From Polymyxa betae A26-41 (lineage: Eukaryota; Protista; Endomyxa: Phytomyxea): a stretch of DNA of 48,347 nt. The stretch spans positions 1 through 48,347 of the forward strand of contig RBZT01000641.1 in NCBI GenBank assembly GCA_003693705.1, written 5' to 3'. Positions within the stretch are counted from its first letter, which is position 1. The number at the start of each line of letters is the position of its first letter. Made by a program: the position numbers and the translations under genes. The notes below the pieces were generated by a model. The model worked only from the letters and a program-made list of their open reading frames with translations, was not told the DNA's origin and did not search any database. Positions 35,962 to 46,344 of this stretch are shown here, piece after piece.

Positions 35962-38942
35962 TTAACGATGATGGCTCGGAGTTTTTGAGCCAAAATTTGT
36001 AGAAGAGACGACGCCCGTTTTGAATCTAATAATCCATCAGATAGTTCTTGAAAAATCGCCGATATTTCAGATGCACAATCTTGAGCGATAAAGTTTAAAA
36101 TAGATTCGCGGATTGCGCGGAGCAGCTGGACAGAAGCCGAAACAGGATTCAATCGTCTATCGCTGAAACCCTGATGATTAAGGGCCTCTCGCACTCCGTA
36201 GAAAGTGGCCAGTGTCTTGGAATTTTTTTGTATCTCCAGATCGAGTTTACGTTTCTCCAGTTCTAGACGTTCAGCACTCCAGCAGATGCGGTTGGAGCTT
36301 TTCATCCATCAAATGCTCAGTCAAGCCTTTAATGGGAACAGCATCAAGCATGGACCGATTTGCCTGTAAAATTCAGAAGTTAGTTCATTATGCAAAATGA
36401 AAGCGAAGACCATAGCACCGATTCCATTTGTCAGATTATACGTCGATTGTCCTGATCATAACGCTCGAATTCTTTCAGTTTTTTTCTGAGAAACTGATTC
36501 GTTCGCTCCAGGTCTTTGGTCTTTTTAAAATCCGGATTGTCTTGTTGCTTCAACTTGTCAAGGACGAACGAGGGCGAGGCAGAACTCCACGAGGCATGAG
36601 CTGGAAGGATTGATGTTACTTTTATAAAGTAATTACAAGTATGAATTTAAATGCATGCCGGGGCACGCTTAAGTAGCGACTGCGGGGCGACGGCGAACTT
36701 GACGACAAGACGGTTACAGTGGGGCGTCGAGCGACGCTCCAGTCGCTCTGTCGACTGACACTTTGCCAGGGTTGCGCCAGAGATAGCATGAGCTGCGCGC
36801 GGCCTGTATGCGGGCTGCGCCAAAGGGGGCGGCGCAGCCATGGCTCTGACACAACTCTCCAGCAATCCGACAGTTGCACCTAATGCTCCAAATCATGGTG
36901 TCGATGCCGATGTTTCCGCTGCTGTTGTTACCGATCAGAATGGCAGCTGGTTGATGACGGAACAGGATTCCGGTCTAGACTTGGAACAAATTCGCTTCTC
37001 ATTCAATAGCAAAACACCCACCAGTTATTGAGCGTATCATTAATTGTTCTAATAACAAATCCAATCTGAGGTAAACTTCTTCTAAAACGCAGCCTTTTAT
37101 TCCTCAATCGCTGGCCGTGGGCCAATCCAGGCGCAAAATCGGAAAACGCACTGTTTGCTCTAACCATGGGATATCCCCAACAGATAATCACCGAAATGGC
37201 AGTAAACCCTGTCCATACACTGGGAACAGCTGAGACTGATGATGGCATCAAGCGTGTGATTTTCGCCGCAAACAGCATCTTCGAATAAAAATGAGATTGC
37301 TGTCAGATATAAAACCATGGAACTGAAAAAAATAAACAACCCGTAAGGGGAATCTTGCCACGAGTCAAGAGCTGGGTGGGCTGGCACTAGTGGAAAGAAA
37401 GGCCTCTTGCCATTAGTGCCAAGAAAACACCACCGAACTGTAACGTGATCATCTTCCTGTGTCTCGTCCACCACAGTCTCAATGCTTCTGGCATCATCCT
37501 CCAATTCTTCAATATAATCGTAGGCGCCATCGACTAATGAGAAGAAATACTTTTTGGTTCAAAACTGCTAAATATAACTTTCCACTTTATAATTTAACTG
37601 TTACACAGCTGATAAAGGCGTTTTTATTGATCTAACTCATAGTCTTGAGACTTAGTGTGACAGCAATCAGAAGCTCACATCGTATTGCGGAACTCTTTAT
37701 CGCCGACGTCCAGGATACGATTCCTCTTATCCCATCCGAAGGCATGCTCGATCCTCAACATGGATAATATCGAACCTAGAGAAGATACCGACGGCTGCGC
37801 ACAATTCTGTCCGTCGACGGATGGAAGGCTGCGCAACCGTCGACAGACAGAAACCCTTTCCCCACAGTACCACGCATATCCGATGTGCGTGCGTCTTCGA
37901 AAATGGTTTTTCATTTTATTCTGCATCTCGTCTTATTGTGTTAATACCATTTGTATCCTTCCATCTCTCAATTTTTTTCGACAGTTTTATGCGCTACGCT
38001 GCATCAATTGAGAGGGCGTTTTGAATCTATTTCAGGCTCAATCGAAGACCGGAAAGCTTCAAGACCGGAACTTGCGTGATTCAGTCGTCCCTTTCCAGTC
38101 ACCGGAACTATGAATACCTCTTTCGACTGTTGTACTCATTCGACGCAGCCTCTCCTAGTCTCGTTGACCCGCCAACGCAGTCCGTCACGGCCTTTTTGAC
38201 CGGCATCTTTCTCATGACCCAGGCCTCTCTCCCGCTCCTTTCATTTCATCCTGATGCATCCTGTCACACTGGCCAACCTCATGGATAAAAACAGCCATGT
38301 TTTTTAAGAGCTCCGAGTTCGTCACAAGCCCAGGGACGCGCCCGTTTGGAAATTTGCTCGCGTGATCGTGCTCGTTTAGATGGACGCCAGCGAATCTAAG
38401 AAGCTTGCAGAGAAATCGGAACGAATAGACCGAGCTCGATCTGAACCTAGTTTTCAGATGTTCGATAGAAGATCCACCCAAACAACAGATCTTTTCGCCA
38501 TAGTTGCTGATCACGAACGGCATCATAAGCAATACATTCGATATACAAGCAACAGGCTACCGATAGAATTATGGCCTCACATACACAGAAGACTCGGAAT
38601 TTTCATCGTTGTAGTGTCGAGAGCTGCAGCCACCTGCTCATATTGACATTTGATGAAATATTTGACTGAGACAGATCATCATCCTTGCTGGAGTTCAATC
38701 TCTGCAGAACCCAATCAGATCATCTACTTTTTGCTGTTAAAAAGCCGTTATCAAACTTGCAGCTGTATTCAGGATCCGATCAGTCTGCGAGGATCATTCC
38801 CTCAGGCACAGCTTCTAGGGTTAGGGTTAGGGTTTGGGTAACTCACCTGCTGAACGTTCTCATTGACGACTGATTCACCGACTCATCTCTTCGGAGTTCG
38901 CGCAATCCGTAGAATCCCCGATCCCCACACGCGCATCATTCC

Positions 38943-39484
38943 ATGTCCATCTCCAACCTCGTCGTACTGCTTCTGTCGCTGGCCGTCGTACTGGCCGTCG
39001 GCCTCCCGGATGGCGGCGCGTCGTCGTCCAGCACCACCGACAGCCCGACTGCCGCCGCCGCCCGGGCCAGTACGTCCGGGCCCTGGGCCGAAGTGTGGCG
39101 CTCCGTGCGCTGCTGGCTGCTCGACCCCGTTCTGGCCCTGGTACGGCGTTCGCGCACAGCCTCGGCCGTTCGGGCATTGGTCGCCCGCGCCAGGTCGTAC
39201 TGGTCCCCGCTCTGTCCGCTCTACTGGGTTTGATGGGCGCTCGTGCTTTGACGTTGATGATCGGCACGCTGTTCGTACTGCCCCTGGTTCCGTTCCCGTT
39301 ATTGCTGATGTGCATGTTCGCGTATCTGGTTGTTGGCCCATCGTTGGTGGGTGCGGCGATTCCACTCAGCGATTTCTGCCGGGTGAGAGTGCAGGCCGTG
39401 TCGGAATTCTTCTTCACGAGACGGACTCGACGGGGACGAAGGATGCGCGCTCCTGCTGACCCCTTCAGATTCACATCGTCTTGA
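38943..39484 (+). CDS. Family member E, close paralog of member A (1-nt frameshift near 39182)
   Basis: MSISNLVVLLLSLAVVLA..WAEVWRSVRCWLLDPVLAL, then RPRQVVLVPALSALLG..RRGRRMRAPADPFRFTSS in the frame of ORF 39095; one C is missing relative to member A. Confidence 0.78.
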
Positions 39485-40702
39485 GGTCCTATATAAACAC
39501 TCTTTATGCAGCGCACATGGAAGCTGCTATCATAGAACTCGACCAATGTGGAATGGACCTTCCATGGCTACAGTCAATATGCGTACGGAATGCACAATTC
39601 TATAATACACGAATTCGGATCCTTATTCGTGTATCTGCCTGCAATCGATCGTGCATCTATCGTTCCATTATATAAACCCTCTTGTACAGAACATTAGACA
39701 AGTGGCGACCTCAATACTGTTCTGGTTTTCTCGAAGAAAATGGTAAAACAACCATCTCTAGTGTTTGCCATTCACAGTTTCCGGTCTTGAAAACTCTACG
39801 ATGGCCTGATGACCAATCGAGTCTTTCACAGGAAACTTTCTACATTTATCGCATGAATTATGCCACAAAGTTCCAAAAGGTGCTGTGGCTGTTTTATTAA
39901 GCGAACAATGATCAGTCTCGATGGTGAAAACAATTTCGAAATACCAGATTCTCTGATCGCAGCGGTCGTCGGGTTAACATGGCCACAGCTTTCTATGTAA
40001 GTTCATGATGATTCATTCGATCTCAAAGTCATTCGGATGACGATATAGCGGACGGATGCTGATAGATGGAGCAAGATTCAATCGAATCGTTCGTCAATAG
40101 TCAACGGGAGAGAATCATACAGTACTTGTTTATCGCTCTTATCTCAGTCAAAAAATTTCTGCTTAGTTATTGACCAAATCTAAAATATAGTCAAAAATTG
40201 AAAAAAACGGTTCAGTAAGAAACTCGTACCAGACAACGTCAAGAAAAGTCATTTTGTTAGTTATCCTGACAGAACCGCTTCAGGTGATGAATATCAAAGG
40301 GTCGGATATAGAGGTGGATTCGCAAATAGACGTTATATATGGCTTCAAATATAGATCTTTGAAACCTATCGGCCAGGTTTTGAAGTCCTGCTTTTGATGG
40401 GAAGATGCGGTTATGATAGTGTTTGGTGCAGAGCTGATGTACAAACCCTAAACCCTAGAAATGCTCCTCCGCTATGTGGTTAGCTGACCCATCATCTGAA
40501 GGAAATGTGTCACATTCACGACCAACAAACCCTAACTCTGATGCTTTTCATAACGTGATTTGCTCAGAACGATTCTGAGAGTGTGAAGAGCTCAAACTGC
40601 CCAGCGGGGCCTCGTAACGCCAATACAGTACAGTAATACATTCTCCGTGAAGTCCGAACCCGGCCCCGACTCGGTCCAGCACGTCTCTCATCGCGTTTGG
40701 TC

Positions 40703-42040
40703 ATGACAATGGCTCTAACCACGACGCTGATTCTGGTGGCGGTGTCCGTCCTGCTTGTTCCGGGACTCGGATCGAAGCGCAGCCCGGACCCGCCCTCCTC
40801 TCCTCACGAGATTCTCGAAGTTGTCGTCCGCCACGCCCTCCCGGACCCAGCCTTACTCGACAAGCTCGCGCAGGTCGACAAAACCCATCTCGAATTAGTT
40901 CGGGGCATTCTCCGCCATCAGCGTCTGCGCCGGATCGTTGTTCAGCCGCCGACCTCGTGCGACCGCTTCGTCCGCGACATCAAATGGCTAATCGCTGTAT
41001 GCAGAGCGCAGCCCGTTGTATACAAAGCGCAGCCCATTTTATGCAGAGCGCAGCCCATTGTATGCAGAGCGCAGCCCGCTATCCTGAGCGGCCTCCTTAC
41101 AGAAGAAACGGCGCCTCTGTTTCTGTATCGGCTGCTCTCCATCACCATAGACAATCCGGAGCTAATCGCGGACCTCTTCAACGTAATCGGGGACATCGAA
41201 TCCGTGGCCGTACTGACCCCCGGCTGGGTCCTTGTCGTCTACAACTTCGGCCTCTACGATCCCGGTGATGACGACCCCGTCATGGTGATGTGTCGCAATC
41301 TGCTGGGAAAGGCGCCGACCGCCGGGTCCGTCTCGATCCGCGACATTCCCGACGCGATTCTCGACACCGTGCGGTGTTACGAGGGCCGGTCTTCGGGCCC
41401 GCTGTCGATGCGCGGACGGCTGCCGGAGCCGTTCGCCGCGATCGACCCGCTGCGCTCCCTCGAGGTCGCCTTCGTCATCTCCGACGTGCACGCCCCCCGG
41501 ATTCGATCGCGGCCCGTACTGGCCCGGCGCCTGTTCTTCCTCGGGACGCCGATTCATCTGGACGAGCTGCCGATCGCGGAGTTCACGGCGTCCGACCTGC
41601 GCGCCCTGCTGCCCTACGTCTTTTACGTCGCGTCCGCGCTCTCCTACCAGATCGACGACCTCATTCGATCGGGCCGCGCCGATCTCATCGCCGTCATACT
41701 GCGATCGGAGGCGTTCTTCGCTCCGGCGTTCTCGCACTTCCTTTTTCTGTGCTTGTGGCTGAGCGGAATCGTTACCGCACTGGTCAAGGCCGCGGACCAG
41801 CACGACTCGCTTCGCCTGCTGCTGGCGGCGCCGCTGCCGCAAGGCTGGGTGGCCGAGGTCGAGTCGATTTCTGGCAGCCCGATTCTTCACCGTGCTGTGA
41901 AGGCCGGGAATGCGGACGCGGTTCGCGTCCTGCTGGAGTTTCCGGACTTGATTAAGATCGATGGTGTGGATAAGCACGGGCGGACTGCGCGGTGGTATGC
42001 TGAGCTTGGTTCGGAGATCGATACGCTGCTTTATGAATAA
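40703..42040 (+). CDS. Signal-peptide protein with C-terminal ankyrin repeats (candidate secreted effector)
   Basis: Hydrophobic N-terminus MALTTTLILVAVSVLLVPGLG; SPILHRAVKAGNADAVRVLLE..VDKHGRTARWYA fits the ankyrin consensus; intronless. Confidence 0.85.
   Translation: MTMALTTTLILVAVSVLLVPGLGSKRSPDPPSSPHEILEVVVRHALPDPALLDKLAQVDKTHLELVRGILRHQRLRRIVVQPPTSCDRFVRDIKWLIAVCRAQPVVYKAQPILCRAQPIVCRAQPAILSGLLTEETAPLFLYRLLSITIDNPELIADLFNVIGDIESVAVLTPGWVLVVYNFGLYDPGDDDPVMVMCRNLLGKAPTAGSVSIRDIPDAILDTVRCYEGRSSGPLSMRGRLPEPFAAIDPLRSLEVAFVISDVHAPRIRSRPVLARRLFFLGTPIHLDELPIAEFTASDLRALLPYVFYVASALSYQIDDLIRSGRADLIAVILRSEAFFAPAFSHFLFLCLWLSGIVTALVKAADQHDSLRLLLAAPLPQGWVAEVESISGSPILHRAVKAGNADAVRVLLEFPDLIKIDGVDKHGRTARWYAELGSEIDTLLYE
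40997..41080 (+). repeat. 4 x 21-bp coding minisatellite
   Basis: gtatgcagagcgcagcccgtt and variants encode VCRAQPV-VYKAQPI-LCRAQPI-VCRAQPA. Confidence 0.93.
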
Positions 42041-42758
42041 ATCCCCATATCTAATACATCTGTATGATCCATAGACTCTATAAACAACGAGTTTTGCAGG
42101 CTATCTGTTATGGATTGGATTTTTCTGGTTCGTGAATTTTGATGAAAATAAAAAAAGTCGAAAAGAATCAAAACTAAAGAAAGTCTAAAAAAAATCCTAA
42201 AAAAAGTCTAAATAACAGGCTGCTCTGCTGGTTGATAGAAATCAGGCATCCAGCCGTGCCATATCTATCAGTGCTTCTAGTTCCTATCTATTATACACCT
42301 TAGTGATATTTCTACTTTTTTCTGTGATTTCCGATCTATGTTCAGCGACAATCTTTGCCTATATGGTTTGCATATTTCTATTCGAAAGGGAGCGTGGCCT
42401 CCTGTGTGAGAGCGAGAATCAGTAAGCAGCGGAATCTGTCGCTGAGCTAATCTTAGAGGCCCTAAGCTTTCTAAGGCTCCGTTCTTTGTCTGGATGGACG
42501 CCACCAAGCCCGGAATGGAGCACTGCCGGGTTCCGCTCAATGTGCCCGGACAGCGCCCGCCTGAAGGTCGCGCTCCTGGATATGACCGCCAGCTCCGTCG
42601 GCCGACTTGATCTCTCCAACCCTAACCCTAGTATCAAAGTTTGATGTTTCTATCTAAACGAACTGGTTCACCCGGAAACCCTAGAAGCAGTCGGCCGCTC
42701 GGCAAGTCCGTAATCCGCGCCTGGCACCGTTCGCCATAGTTGACCATCGCGCTGAACG

Positions 42759-43226
42759 ATGCCGCTCTCGCTCTGGACCGTGCTCGTCGTGGTACTGGCC
42801 CCGGCCGCCATCCGCGCCGTACCGCCGTCGATTTCGAACACGGCGGTGACGGCCGCGCCGTTGATTCAAATCCACAGCCGTGAGGGGTTCTGGGGCCGAG
42901 TCTGGGGGTTTCTGGGGCCGATTCTGCGTGCGAGCCGGGTCGGCGCCTGCTTGGGCGTACTGGCCCGCCCGGAGTCGCTCGTCACGGGGTCGTTAACGTT
43001 CCTGAGAAGATCGCCGAACATCCTGTCGTCGCTGTTCATTCTGAACTGGGGCGTGATGATTGTACTGCTGATTGTGTGCTCGAAGGAGGTGTTTCTGATT
43101 GTATTGTCGATGCGCTTGGCCTTCTGGGTGCTGCCGACCGTGGCCGAACATATCGAAGGCCCGTACCGAAGGATGATTCGACGGATGCGAGCCCGGTTTC
43201 GATACGGACTGCCTCTATTCCGGTAA
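42759..43226 (+). CDS. Small signal-peptide membrane protein, family member F (155 aa)
   Basis: Signal peptide, Thr/Ala linker, FWGRVWGFLGPILR..GVLARP, two hydrophobic segments, tail RRMIRRMRARFR. Confidence 0.75.
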   Translation: MPLSLWTVLVVVLAPAAIRAVPPSISNTAVTAAPLIQIHSREGFWGRVWGFLGPILRASRVGACLGVLARPESLVTGSLTFLRRSPNILSSLFILNWGVMIVLLIVCSKEVFLIVLSMRLAFWVLPTVAEHIEGPYRRMIRRMRARFRYGLPLFR

Positions 43227-44159
43227 AGACGAATCACGGAGGAATGATGTTTGTACAAGATGCGAAACCCTAACCCTAAAATACAGAGAGAAAGCCATCT
43301 GGTCATTATGTTTCCGAGTTCTTTGTGCAGTAACATTACTCGTAGCAGATTAAAATCCTTCCAATCGCCCAAAATCGGGCATTATGCAGATCAACTCTTC
43401 ACAATTTTGACCAAAAATCTAAAAAACCAAAAAGGTCAAATCATCGATTTGGTCACCAAAACTGACGATTACTTTGGGATCGGGAAAGGGCTGAAGAATG
43501 TTTTTTGCAGAATTTCGAGCCTTCTGCCTCGCCCAATATCCTGTAACGTTTAAATCAACATTGACATTTTTCAAGAGACATAATTTGCAAACATTTTAAA
43601 TGAACAGGTTGAAGGCCTTTGACACAGAGTGAATCTCCATCTCTCTATTATTACATCTTTCGATGATTGGCGAGGCTATCGGAGCCTTTGCTTCAAGTTT
43701 ATAGGGCATCATGGCCATTGCTGGGAGGAAACCGTCGTTCCTTTCGGCTCGGAAACGGGCCATCTCCAGATGAAGAGCCTCTAATCACAACCTCATAAAC
43801 ACAGAATATATCATTCTGCTTCGGAACTTGGAATTGTTAATCAGCGAGTCGAATCTTACTGAGCGCTGCAATCGCCAATTTGCTCACGAAAATCTGGGTT
43901 TCAGGGTTTAGGTTTTTGAAAGATTATTGAATGTCGCTCTGATTTCTATAGCGTGTCGTACACATAATCGAAGGAATTGAATCTCCACGTAGTTTGTCGC
44001 TGCCAAAAACAGTAACGAAGCAAGCGACTCGACACAGACTTACAAGAAGGCCGGGTCACCGCTACAAAACTGCTGCGTAGTCCGCGCTTGCGCACAATGT
44101 GTAGCAGAGGGGGCTCTCAGATATCATCGTCGGGCTCGCTTTACCCAGCATCCTCACCC

Positions 44160-45089
44160 ATGGCAATGGCGGCGGCCGCCGCAGCACCGCCCCCGCTGCA
44201 CCCCATCACCACCCCGGGGCCGGTACGGCCCGCGGACCTGTTCAGCCGACGCGATCGCACCGCCGACCTGATCTTGCTGGTCGACGCCACCCTCTACTAT
44301 GTCCATCGTCATCTGCTGGGCCAGCACAGCCGCCGGATCGCCGGCCTGGACGCCGCGCGGTCGCGCTGGACCATCCGCCTGCCGGTCGTACCCGACCTCG
44401 TCGCCCACAGCGGCCCGTGCCTGGCGCAGCCGCTGTTCGCCCTCTACCTCGGCTACCTGTACGGGTACGATCGGCGGCTGCGCGACGATCAGTGCGCCCG
44501 GTGCGTACTGGCCCTGCTGATGGTGGCGGATTTCATGGGTTCCGGGCAGCTCCGTGCGCACTGCGAATACCTCGTGGGGCAGAACTACCCGCTGTCGGAG
44601 GCGTCGTGGCGCCCGCTGCTGCACTGGTGCAAGAAGGCCGCGCTCTCCGTCCGCATTCCGATCGCCGTCTACACGTTCCTGTACGACCGCTATGCGTACG
44701 CCTGTCAACTCCGGAAACTGTTCGCCCTCGACCCGGACGATTTCTGCGGCGTCCTGCTCCTGCCGACCGCCAGCCTGTCCGCTCTGGAACGCGTCCGTCT
44801 CCTGGCGCAGTACGTGTCGGGCCAGTACGACGACCTCGGCAATGGGATGATTTCGTTGCGGAGTTCGTTGATGTCTCCGGAAAAGTTCTGTTCGATGGTG
44901 ACGGCGATGTTCGCGGCGAATGGCGCGAAAGACGAGCTGGAGCGAGTGCGTGAGTTGGTGGCGAGGCTGCAGTTCAACCTGGGTCATGCTGCCCTCGATC
45001 AACACTGGCGCAACCTGCTCGATAAGATGTTACTGTCCTCCGCGGTCCGAGCTCTGATACGGACCTGCGCTCTATACAGACATACATAA
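44160..45089 (+). CDS. BTB/POZ domain protein with BACK-like helical region
   Basis: ADLILLVDATLYYVHRHLLGQHS..LFALYLGYLYG..VLALLMVADFMGSGQLRAHCEYL fits the BTB consensus; FALDPDDFCGVL is BACK-like; intronless; AATAAA at about 45129. Confidence 0.88.
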   Translation: MAMAAAAAAPPPLHPITTPGPVRPADLFSRRDRTADLILLVDATLYYVHRHLLGQHSRRIAGLDAARSRWTIRLPVVPDLVAHSGPCLAQPLFALYLGYLYGYDRRLRDDQCARCVLALLMVADFMGSGQLRAHCEYLVGQNYPLSEASWRPLLHWCKKAALSVRIPIAVYTFLYDRYAYACQLRKLFALDPDDFCGVLLLPTASLSALERVRLLAQYVSGQYDDLGNGMISLRSSLMSPEKFCSMVTAMFAANGAKDELERVRELVARLQFNLGHAALDQHWRNLLDKMLLSSAVRALIRTCALYRHT

Positions 45090-46064
45090 CCGTTTAATAT
45101 TCCGCTCTCCTTGGGCAGACTGTAATTTAATAAACCCTAACCCTCACTGCCTTCATGTTCTCCCAGTGCAGCCAAAAAAACATTCCCTGAGTCAGAGCTG
45201 AGAGATCAGCAGCAAAATATTCGGAAATGACCTTGATTAGGGTTTTAGGGTCGCGGGGCCTTCAAAATTGGATTTATTCTGAAATCTGTAACCCGGAAAA
45301 CATTATTTCAACACAGAATCGGTATTGCCCTTTGAAACGATTCTTTCAGAGAACATCTTTCGGATCTGTTTCCGACACATCGTTCTCGTCGCAATTGGTT
45401 TCGGCATTCCGACATTTTTGTCATGGAAACTTTTAAGCCATTCCGATATCCACGAATGTTACACGTACTAATTTTCAGCGACAAACTGAATGTGAAATCG
45501 AATTTTCCAGGCTTCATCAATTTACAAGTTTTTGATGAATATGCAATGGCACAACATCCTCGATGTCTTTAGATAGACAGACTATTGTAAAGCTGTCCAG
45601 TAGACTCGCATATTTACAATGCCGAGAAGGCCAAATATCTGTTGAATAGGCGGTTCAATTGCCAGCGAATGACAACTTGCAAGATTCTAACGCAATCTCA
45701 AAGACAAGAATCAACAAAAATGGAAGTTCTCAGCATCACACGAAAGGCTCGTGGTGACCTTTGTCGAATAATGGGCGAAATAAACTCAGCACAACGACGC
45801 TTTGGGCTCTGACAGTCTGGGCTGTCAAGAACGAGGACCTGAGGAATGTTGGAAGCTCGTAAAACTCCTGATTGCTTAGAATATCCCAGCTCGAGGAAGA
45901 ATGTTTTAACAGATGATTGATGAAAAGTTTTACAAAGTCATCATAGCAGATGATTGGATTCAAATTCTTATTGAAGGTCATCAAGCGCAGGAATCTGCAT
46001 ATATTCGATCTTACAAGTGCGTAACAAATAGTGCGTAATGTTATCTATTTCTATTTAACAAGTA

Positions 46065-46146
46065 GCCGTTGTGTCCGAGTGGTCAAGGAGGCAGACTTGA
46101 AATCTGCTGGGTTCTGCCCACGCGAGTTCGAATCTCGTCGACGGCT
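46065..46146 (+). tRNA. trnS-TGA: tRNA-Ser (anticodon TGA)
   Basis: Acceptor GCCGTTG/CGACGGC, anticodon arm GCAGA-CTTGAAA-TCTGC, long variable arm TGGG-TTCTG-CCCA, T-loop TTCGAAT, T6 terminator at 46151. Confidence 0.95.
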
Positions 46147-46344
46147 TGTCTTTTTTGCTGCCAAAACCCGTCTTCATCCATCACAAATCATTCACGCTAT
46201 CAAAAATCCATCCGAAAAAAACATCCGTTGTCACCCATCTTCTCCGCAAAATGTTTTGTGAAATTGTTACACTCGAATAATCCTCCTGCGGCATCTGTCA
46301 CTCCGAGCCATTTGCGACCCTCCAGTCTCCCTCATTCAAGGGCC

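Noticed and set aside
41162-45005. Long antisense or alternate-frame ORFs (41162-41977, 44154-45005; likewise 3844-4596, 2117-2707, 38875-39546)
   Set aside because: Shadow ORFs from stop-codon scarcity in GC-rich genes whose real frame has recognisable domains.
46069-46344. N-terminal extension of ORF 46069-46752
   Set aside because: Starts at GTG inside tRNA-Ser; the signal peptide begins at ATG 46345.
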